A stretch of 64,000 nucleotides of DNA, taken from Octopus sinensis (Eukaryota). The notes under the pieces were generated by a model. It saw only the letters and a list, made by a program, of their open reading frames with translations, had not been told where the DNA came from and searched no databases. The position numbers and the translations under genes were made by a program. Shown here piece after piece: positions 54,395-64,000 of this stretch (position 1 is the first letter of the stretch; each line of letters opens with the position of its first letter). The stretch is taken from NCBI RefSeq assembly GCF_006345805.1, contig NC_043000.1, forward strand, positions 72,540,001 through 72,604,000, given 5' to 3'.

Positions 54395-55827
54395 ACACCG
54401 GGAACTCAAAATATCTTGTCGATTTGTTAGCAACTGGCTTGAACTCCTTTAAGAAGAACTTAAATGAAACTCGAAGAAAATATGTGTGCATGTGTGTTAG
54501 GTTAGAAAGAAAGTCCAGTTACATTTTTGACTCAAGAAAGTCCTGTTGTATTTTACTTACAGTAGTTTTTATATTCCAGTGTTGTTGGGGTTTTTTTCCT
54601 TTTTTGCAGACTACTTATATACCGTAGTTGTTAAATTCTTATCGATTTAACCCTTTTAAAATAAGCTTAGATCAGACTCTTATAAGCCATCACATGTTCA
54701 ATGAATTCTTAAAAAGTATTTGTTCTGCCTACGGAACTGAAATTTTAAGGATCCGGACATTCCAACGATGGTATGACCAGTTTCTCTCAGGAAGTTTTCC
54801 TCTCACAGATTTTGTCAATATTGAGCTTCCTAACACTGTAGTTGAGGAAAATTTCTAACAAACTGCATGAGAGATAGCAGAACAGTTCAATTCAAGTCAC
54901 TTTGAACATAAAACACTTTCGTGAAATACAGGGTGTCCCAAAAGTCACTGCCGGATTTCAATTTTTTAATAATTTCCTTAACTTTACAAATAAATGCATG
55001 AAATTTTGATATAATATAAAGGACATAATGAAAATTAATATGCACAAGTTAAATTTTGCAACACCACTACATCACCTGGGGTCTGAAACTCTTGAGGGTG
55101 TTATGGTGCAAGGTTTGAAAAGAGCACGGGCGTGCGCATCCGAAAATGACAGCCATTTAAGCGATGTCATTTTTCATATGTGATGTAGTGATGTTGCAAA
55201 ATTTGACTTGTGCATATTAATTTCCATTATGTCCTTTATGTTGTATAAAAATTTCATGCATTTATTTGTAAAGTTAAGGAAGTTATTAAAACTTGAAACC
55301 CATCAGTGACTTTTGAGACACCCTGTATATCTAAACTAATCAAGAATTTTCTCATAAACTGATAGTCTTTAAGCTTAATCAAAGAGTTCCCTTCTGTTCA
55401 TCACTAAAGAGTGAATTTGCTAGCGAGCTTTTACTGAGTAGAACCTTCACAAGTGATGAAAAGTGTAGTCATATCTGTAATTATATCTGTAATCATAACA
55501 AACGATATAATCTCTGTAATCATATCCAACGAATGTTTGGGACCAGTGAAAAAGGAGAGTCCATCTGCAAACTAGGACTACACCTAAAAAAGTTATGCTT
55601 TTGGTGAGATATGAAGGGTATTATGAAATTTTAAACCAAAATGAAACAATTAATTCAGAGAATTATGTTGAGAGTTTCTTTGATTCGAAACCTAAAGAAT
55701 TTTACGTCCGATGGCTCAACAATTTGGCAAATAGATGAAATTGGGTTGTCAATAATAAGGGATATATTACCTTGATTAAATATACCAGTTAAGATCAAAC
55801 AAGCATTTGCTTCTTTCCAAACCTAAC

Positions 55828-55830
<3 letters not shown>
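54395..55830 (+). mobile_element. Degraded, internally deleted mariner transposase remnant
   Basis: ICSAYGTEILRIRTFQRWYDQFLSGSF (HTH), then PKKVML and FFDSKPKEFY, which are mariner blocks. Split by a nested MITE. Confidence 0.7.
54929..55325. mobile_element. Tc1-like MITE with ~145-bp TIRs and TA target duplication, nested in the mariner remnant
   Basis: TA|CAGGGTGTCCCAAAAGTCACTG at the left end and CAGTGACTTTTGAGACACCCTG|TA at the right end. Confidence 0.9.
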
Positions 55831-55925
<95 letters not shown>

Positions 55926-56263
55926 ATATATATGACCGAGAGATATTACTCGGTGTTTACTCATGCCAACAACGCAACTAACCTGAATTTACAGGCTAAG
56001 AAAATTATGGAGAAATGTAGATTAGAGGAAATAATTGAACCATACCTGCCTAGAGCCCACAGAATTAGCCTCACTCACATACTCATTTATTTTTACTTGT
56101 TTTAATTTAATTTAATTCAATTTAATCTAGTTTGTTTGTTATTTTGCTCTTCTACTTGCCCATAGTGGTCACGGTTTTTTATTCATCAATTTATTTATTT
56201 ACTTATTTATTTATCTGATTTGCTTTTGTGTTATCTGTTAACCATCAATGAAACGGAACCGCC

Positions 56264-56338
<75 letters not shown>

Positions 56339-56356
56339 GTAGTAGTAGTAGTAGTA

Positions 56357-56410
<54 letters not shown>

Positions 56411-56412
<2 letters not shown>

Positions 56413-57548
56413 CAGTCACAAAACAGGCAAAGGAATATCTAAGTGAATTCCGAATACAACCAATTTCGAAATTAGAGATAGATATACAAGAAACAAGCAC
56501 AGAAAAAGCTAGGCCATGAAAACCCGTGCCAAAACTGCGGCCTTAGATATTCTGAATAATAAATGGCAAGAAAAACCTCTCTATGGCAAATACCCAAAGA
56601 GAGCGAATAATGCAGATATCGACAAAGCCCTGACCCATCAATGGCTAATGGCCTCTGGCTTAAAATCTGAAACAGAGGGGTTTATCATAGCAGCTCAAGA
56701 TCAATGCCTACCAACAAGAAACTACCAGGCCAACATATTAAAGAACGGCAGTAGCCCAACATGTCGTGTATGCCGACAACAAAATGAAACCATTGACCAT
56801 GTTGTCTCCAAATGCAGTCTTCTAGCGCCTACAGAGTACCTCAGTAGGCATGATAGAGCTGCACAATATATTCACTGGGTAATTTGCAAAAACCTGGATT
56901 TGCTCCATGAAAAAAACTGGTGGGAACACAATTCACCTCCTGTGCTTGAAAATGACCACATCTCACTCCTCTGGAACTTCACCATTCAAACTGACAGGAA
57001 GATAGATGCAAATAGGCCAGACATTATATTGAAAGACTTCAGACAAAGAACATGCCTCCTCATTGATATGACTGTCCCAATCGATATAAACGTATCTGTC
57101 AAGACCTACCAAAAACTGAGCAAATATAAAGATCTTGAAATAGAAATCAGCAAAATGTGGAAGCTGAAGACTAAAACAATACCTGTTGTCATAGGTGCCC
57201 TGGGAATGATAGCGAAAGGGACTGATTGCTACCTAACTCAGATACCAGGAGACCCCAAAATGGCAGAAAATCAAAAGATAGTGCTCATGGGAACTGCTCA
57301 TATCCTACGCAAAATACTCTCTATGTAATCCCAAGGTTTAAAACAAACTTTTTTTTTATTTGTTTATTTTTATTATTTTATTTTTTTTATGTATTAGACA
57401 TTCACTAGTACAACACCAAAAGAAAAGAAAGAAAAAAAACAAAAAAAAACAACTATATGGCACAGAACTTCCAACCTGTTGTCTCTTGAGACCTCTGGGT
57501 GAGACTTGGAGCCAACTTGTACAGACATAAAGCAAAAGTCAAACATAG
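56411..57548 (+). mobile_element. 5'-truncated R4/Dong-like element between (AAT)n tracts; intact C-terminal 270-aa frame (56516-57328)
   Basis: WQEKPLYGKY, GLKSETEGFIIAAQDQ, CRVCRQQNETIDHVVSKC and NRPDIILKD...LIDMTVP. Preceded by the (AAT)n/(AGT)n tract at 56266-56410 and followed by aataataataat. Confidence 0.92.
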
Positions 57549-57563
57549 AATAATAATAATAAT

Positions 57564-58117
57564 AAATGCTCTGATGCTATACCAGGCAGTGGCTCTCATG
57601 GCTTCTGATCTTAACTGATTGGCAGTGTTATCATGTTCATTGTTTTGTCTTGGTATAAAAGATGGGCTACAGCAAATATTCTGCTCAATACCACAGATTT
57701 GCTTGTCAGTTGTTTGACCTTAACAAGTTGAGCATGTCCCTTAGTGGCTGACGATATGTGCACCTCTGATCACGAGCGGAAGTAGTGGGGGAGCATCATA
57801 GCCGTGTGTTGAGAGGGATTCTTTGGGGTTTGAATAATTCACCTCTGGAAACATGGGTGGTTCTTTCAACATCCTTAAACAACCCTTATTCAGGGACCTT
57901 TTGAGCAGGATGGGCTACTCAACCTGAAGAAAATTCTAACTGGGCCCCACCTGCAAGGTCATGTGCTGTTTATCTTGATATGAGATCACCATGTCGCGCA
58001 CATATGGTTGTGATGCATGTGCCTGGTGTACCCTTATCAGACGGGTAGTCATGATGGGTATATTGGGCTTCGTATATTTTACCCCAGTGTCACTTTTCTC
58101 AATTGGCATGAACTGCT
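57564..58117 (+). mobile_element. Non-coding TAA-associated interspersed repeat (copy 2), fused to a Dong 3' fragment
   Basis: Reverse complement of 3042-3524 plus an extra ~80-bp internal segment. It lacks the last ~10 bp and joins Dong sequence directly. Confidence 0.85.
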
Positions 58118-58560
58118 AAAAACAATAAAGTTTGCTTATTGATCGACATGAGCATCCCCTGTGATCATAATATCTCGGAGAAAGAGTTTGACAAGCTCAG
58201 AAAATATAAAGACCTGCTCATTGAAATTGAGAAAATGTGGCATCTCAAGGCGGTTACAATACCAGTGATCGTAGGAGCACTAGGAATGATCAAGAAGGGA
58301 ACCGAAAATTATATGAGAATGATCCCTGGCTTACTATCCCTGCAAGAAGTGCAAAATATTGTCTTAACTGGTACATCACACGTATTGAGAAGAGCATTGT
58401 CGCTGTGAGAGCTGTTACTGCCCATGTATTTTAATTTAACCTTAAAAAATATTGAGTTTGGTTTAATGGCCTACCAATGTATACTATGAGTTTCTTTGCC
58501 CTAGGAGTCGGGAAGACGCTCGGCAAGAAATGGAAGTAAATTTGAAAGAAGAAAAAAAAT
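58118..58560 (+). mobile_element. Short 3' fragment of an R4/Dong-like element ending in AAT repeats
   Basis: LIDMSIPCDHNISEKEFDKLRKYKDL...LRRALSL* plus 3' UTR. Near-identical to 60110-60574. Confidence 0.9.
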
Positions 58561-58624
58561 AATTAATTAATAATAATAATAATAATAATAATAATGATAA
58601 TAATAATAATAATAATAATAATAA

Positions 58625-58671
<47 letters not shown>

Positions 58672-58709
58672 ATAGTAATAGTAGTAGTAGTAGTAGTAGT
58701 AATAGTAGT

Positions 58710-58742
<33 letters not shown>

Positions 58743-58797
58743 AAGAAGAAGAAGAAGAAGAAGAAGAAGAAGAAGAAGAAGAAGAAGAAGAAGAAGA
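58561..58797. repeat. Compound microsatellite (AAT)n-(AGT)n-(AGA)n
   Basis: Read directly from the sequence. Confidence 0.97.
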
Positions 58798-60574
58798 ACA
58801 GGGTATGGGTATAAAATTGCCAATAAAGAAATAAGCCATCTATTTTATATGGATGACTTAAAACTCTATGGTAAAGACAATAATGAACTTGAAGGCCTAT
58901 TGCGCATTGTGAAAGCATTCAGCGATGACATCGGGATGGAGTTTGGACTTGAGAAGAGTGCCAAGGCCACTTTCCAGAAAGGGAAAGTGAAGACCACAAA
59001 TTCAGTCGTGTTAGATGTTGACACAGTCATAAGAGAGCTTGAGCAAGAACAAACATACAAATATTTAGGGATAAATGAAGGTTCTGGTATTCAGCATGCA
59101 AGCATGAAAGAGAAGATCAGGAAGGAATGTTATAGGAGAGTTCGTGCAGTCCTGAAATCTGAACAAAATGCACGTAACAAGGTGTTAGCTATAAATTCCT
59201 TAACAGTTCCAGTTGTTACTTATAGCTACAATGTGTTGAACTGGAATATGAGTGAAGTAAAGAATATAGATAGGAAAATACGCAAGCTGCTGAGTTGTAA
59301 TAGGATGCACCACCCAAAGGCAGACGTAGATCGCCTTTACCTTCCCAGAGCCCAAGCAGGTCGAGGCCTGATCCAATTTGAACTAGCTTACAAAACAACC
59401 ACAATTGGACTGGCCAAATATCTCGAAATAACGAATGACTGGATGCTAAAGCTCGTGGAAAATCACGAGAGACGAAAGAAGCTTCACTCTATCATAAAGG
59501 AAAGCAAAAAATTTGCTATTGATCTTGTGCAGGATACCCAAACTGAACAACCCGAGGGAAGTACGGCAACTATTGTTGCAAAGAAGGTGAAAATAATGGC
59601 AACGAAAAAAGCGCACGAGCAATTGGCTGATAGGTGGGAGGAGAAACCTCTGCACGGCAAATATGTGGCCCGCAGCAAACAAGCTGATGTTGACTAGAAG
59701 CAAACCCATCAGTGGCTACGGAGCTCAGGGCTAAAAGCAGAGAGCGAAGGTTTCATCCTGGCTGCTCAAGATCAAAGCCTATTAACCCGGAACTACCAGG
59801 CCAATGTGATGAAAAATGGAGCAGACCCAAAATGCCGATTCTGCAACGACATGATTGAAACAGTGGACCACCTAATCTCTGGATGTAAAGTCTTAGCTCC
59901 AGTGGAGTATAAATTAAGACATGACAGAGTTGGCCAATATCTACACTGGCTAATAAGTCGGCATTACAATATCAAAACTGCCGACAAGTGGTATAATCAC
60001 CACCCTGAAGCTGTAACTGAAGGAGAAAATGTAACGATTCTGTGGGACTTTCCAGTACATACAGACCGAACCATCAAGGCCAGTAAACCAGATATTGTTG
60101 TGAAAGACCAAAACAATAAAGTTTGCTTGTTTATCGACATGAGCATCGCCTGTGATCATAATATCTCAGCGAAAGAGTTTGACAAGCTCAGAAAATATAA
60201 AGACCTACTCATTGAAATTGAGAAAATGTGGCATCTCAAGGCGGTTACAATACCAGTGATCGTAGGAGCACTAGGAATGATCAAGAAGGGAACCGAAAAT
60301 TATATGAGAATGATCCCTGGCTTGCCATCCCTGCAAGAAGTGCAAAAGATTGTCTTAACAGGTACATCACACGTATTGAGAAGAGCATTGTCGATGTGAG
60401 AACTGTTGCTGCTCATGTATTTTAATTTAACTTAAAAAAATTTTTTTTTTAAATGAACGAACTATTGAGTTTGGTTTAATGGCCTACTAATGTATACTAT
60501 GAGTTTCTTTGCCCTAGGAGTCGGGAAGACACTCGACAAGAAATGGAAGCAAATTTGAAAGAAGAAAAAAAAAG
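58798..60574 (+). mobile_element. 5'-truncated, young R4/Dong-like element (RT 3' half + CCHC + RLE), one in-frame stop at ~59695
   Basis: HLFYMDDLKLY, HHPKADVDRLYLPRAQAGRGL, CRFCNDMIETVDHLISGC and KPDIVVKD...FIDMSI. Followed by (TAA)n/(CAA)n. Confidence 0.93.
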
Positions 60575-60625
60575 TAATAATAATAATAAAATAACAACAA
60601 CAACAACAACAACAATAACAATAAC

Positions 60626-60684
<59 letters not shown>

Positions 60685-60769
60685 ATTCCCCTGTCGAAGA
60701 CGACGTATGAGTGTTCAGCTTTATGCCGAACGCATAAATGCAAGTGTTGTACATTAACTCATTCTCTCC

Positions 60770-60935
60770 ATCAAATCTTCATGAAACAGGTATACGGTGT
60801 ACCATGTGCCAGGTGTCGGATCGCAGAGTAACGTAAGATGGTGCGTTTTGCTCAAGAACACACCGCACCAACCGGTCCAGGAATTGAAACCATGACCTCA
60901 CGATCGTGAGTGCAGCACCCTAACCACTGGGACAA
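60770..60935 (-). mobile_element. tRNA-head SINE 5' part
   Basis: The minus strand reads 'cccagtggttagggtgctgcactcacgatcgtgaggtcatggtttcaattcctggaccgg', similar to the head at 19853. Confidence 0.65.
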
Positions 60936-61258
60936 GGGTACTCATATATTTCTAAACAAAAATTTAATCGCAGCAAGCACATAGTACACATCCATAAGCG
61001 CCTGCGCGTTCACACACCGCTTGCGCGCGCGGATGTTTACAAAATATACTTTTTCATTAATACTCGCACAATATTCCAAACTCACGTACACATCTATACA
61101 TAGGCACACAGACACACACAGATACACACACACACAAACATATACACACTCACACAAAAACACATGCACACATATTCATTCACCCTGTATACACAGACAC
61201 AGTTTTGTAAATGAAAATTTACAACCCTTCTGATGTGATACAAACCTTGTATCTATTA

Positions 61259-61513
<255 letters not shown>

Positions 61514-63299
61514 TTATCGTCGTTAATTCTCCGATTTCTTTGACACGTGTCTAAATGACCGCGACAGATTGAATAGACTCCAGTTTATAATGGTACATAT
61601 TTCATCGTCTCTTGAGAGAATAAAAAGAAACCAAAATGTTAAGTCTACTTGAATATTAATTTAGAAAAAGCTCATTATTAGTCTCTTGCATCTTTCAGTA
61701 TATGGCTCTTCTCTATAGTCATGAATATCGATTTCTTACATAAAAACAATATCAATCTGTGTATCAAATCAAGATTACAGCTATTTGTTTTACTGGGGTA
61801 TGAGATTTAAATTTGGTATCCTGAGATTACAACTCAATATTGTGATAGTTAAGTTAGTGTCATCATATTTAACGCAGTGAATATCAAATATTTTATTAGA
61901 AATACTTATGAGTGGAAAAACAACGTAATAACTGATTATTTAAAAGACCATCTAAGAAAAGCATTGACTTCTCCATACTAACTGAGGTAGTGATGGGGCA
62001 ATCACTAAGTAGATGCACAAAATTCTACACGAGTGGACGTGGTAATTTAGAATTTTTTTTTTTTAATTATTGATGCTCATTGCATTAAATTATTAACAAC
62101 TTAACTACCATTTTTTATGCAGAAGGTATCTCTCAGTAATTAACCTCAATAAATTGATGTTGGGTTTTGTTTGTTTTAATATCGTAAAGCTTACAGTCTA
62201 ATGCTTTGCTGCTTCAGCCAGCTTTACTATTTCAAATGTAAATTTTTGGAAAGTAAAATTTGAAATGATTGAGTAAAGCGGTTGAATTAACATAAGTGTA
62301 TTACTTGTACTTAGTTTTCGAACCAAAACGATGAAAGAAACTTTTAAATAATATGCTTAAGAAAGAAAAGTTGGTACTTGCGGGCTCGTTAGCTACAAAA
62401 TGAATTTTAATATAAGGAAAAAATGTATTTATGAATGAAAATTTTCCCGATAGAGTGAATTTTACTGTCAAAGGTTTATTAATTATATAAAATGCATAAT
62501 TAGGAAAATAATGATTTCTTTTATTGCCTTTTTAACACTTCAATATAATTTTTAAACATTATTTATTATAATGGACTATGCAAGTTATATTGACTAACGT
62601 AACGTGGAAATTCCACTTCGTAACTGTTTTTATCTCTACTTTGATGGATCATGACAATATTATTTCATTATGTTAAAGATCTAGATTGTTTTTCATGAGT
62701 TTATTGAAAAGGTAACCAAACTCGAACGACATTACATGTACAATAATACTGTAGGTGTTTTAGTTATTACTACAAAAGCGGTGGACTGGTAAAATCATTA
62801 GGGTCTCAAAAGAAAATACATTACCGTATTTTCTTTTCTTATGTTCTAGCCTCAAACTCCGCTGAGGTTAATTGACTCACCGTCTAACCCTAAAAATGTG
62901 TTGGCTTTGTAACACATTCTGAAATATTTACTAGTAGTATTAGCATTGTTGTAAAATGCTTTGCATTGTTTTATCCATCACTTTATTGAAATCCCGCTGA
63001 GGTCAGCTTTGTCTTTCATCCTTTCGGATGCTGGATCGAGTTAATCGACTAAACCCCTTCCCTAAATTTCTGACTGTCTTTATTTCACAAATCATTATTG
63101 GTGTTAATTTGTCACTGCTTCGAACACTATATATGAAAATAATGTAAAGTTTAAACCGAAAATTATAAATTAAGGAGAAAAAATTGTTTAGATCTGACCA
63201 TTAGACTGATAAAAGTCGGAGGTTCAGTGGTTTTGGATAATTTTCGTAGAGTTAAAAAGAGCATCCACAAAATAGGCCACTTTCAAGTCAGCTGACTAA

Positions 63300-64000
63300 T
63301 CAGAGCTCCGCCAGTTCTATACTAACTATCCCTAGCAGAATATGGAATTCACTCCTGGCCAATCAGAAACCGTTAAGGCGTATTTCTTTACATTTCACAT
63401 AACCAGGTTCCAAGTGGATCATTCGTAGCTGCGTCGCAGAAGCCCGCGAAAAGTACCTTTGCGCATCACACCACCCGCAAGCTTTCACAACTCCCAAACA
63501 GAAAGATCTCTTTCAATTTTGCGGAATTGCTTTCGCCTGATTTTTCAAACATGATGGCCCTGCGAGTAGTACTTCTACGGACAACAACATCATATTTGTT
63601 GTAACTTTGCATTGAACTTCGCCCTGAATACACAAGATTAATCTTTCCACTTGTCCAGGTTCACCACAACGTATACAGCTGCTTTAAACCAATATGGCCA
63701 CTGGCCCTAAAACATGTCTCATCCACTATCTTCGTACAATGTGTTTCAGAACTATTCTTACAAAACTTAAATATTTCTCTTCTCTACAGGAATATATTCT
63801 AAGCTTTAGAATCACGCAATAGTGTGTTCTATTCTCAAGAACGGTAGCACTTCTAACACTGCCACTTATCATCCTATCGCACGCGTTCCCCGTATCTCAA
63901 GGTGATGGAGACAACCATTAACTATAAACTTCTTCAACGCCTTGAATATTCTCTCTTATTAAATGTCTAACAGTTCGGCTTTAGCAAAGCCAGATTACTA
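63300..64000 (+). mobile_element. Degraded CR1/L2/Jockey-type LINE RT fragment, continues beyond the window
   Basis: Near 63865-64000 the frameshifted reading YHPIA...SKVMETTINYKLLQRLE...QFGFSKAR resembles 'NYRPI.L.S..SK.ME......L..QFGF'. The left limit is approximate. Confidence 0.65.

Overview
Eukaryotic, AT-rich, microsatellite-saturated animal DNA. The SINE families and repeat landscape suggest an octopus or other coleoid cephalopod (inference). One host gene is recoverable by hand: the 3' end of an MFSD6-like major facilitator transporter on the minus strand. It has five GT-AG exons with matching phases (61437-61276, 53247-52999, 29916-29845, 24826-24696, 10256-10140), and the ORF track largely misses it. 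The introns and flanks are filled with transposon material. The most striking block is a (TAA/TTA)n-centred nest of non-LTR retrotransposons at about 30.7-60.6 kb. Two near-intact, head-to-tail L1/Tx1-clade elements (APE endonuclease) sit in (ATT)n on the plus strand. Several R4/Dong-like elements (restriction-like endonuclease) end in (TAA)n in their own sense, so they use the same repeat in the opposite polarity. A ~0.5 kb non-coding element is also TAA-flanked. The window further holds MULE, hAT, Tc1/mariner, RTE, CR1/L2 and Penelope fragments, a degenerate hammerhead ribozyme motif, tRNA-derived SINEs, several MITEs and a ~1 kb near-perfect palindrome. Most short ORFs in the supplied track are microsatellite translations or antisense frames. 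All identity estimates are by eye.
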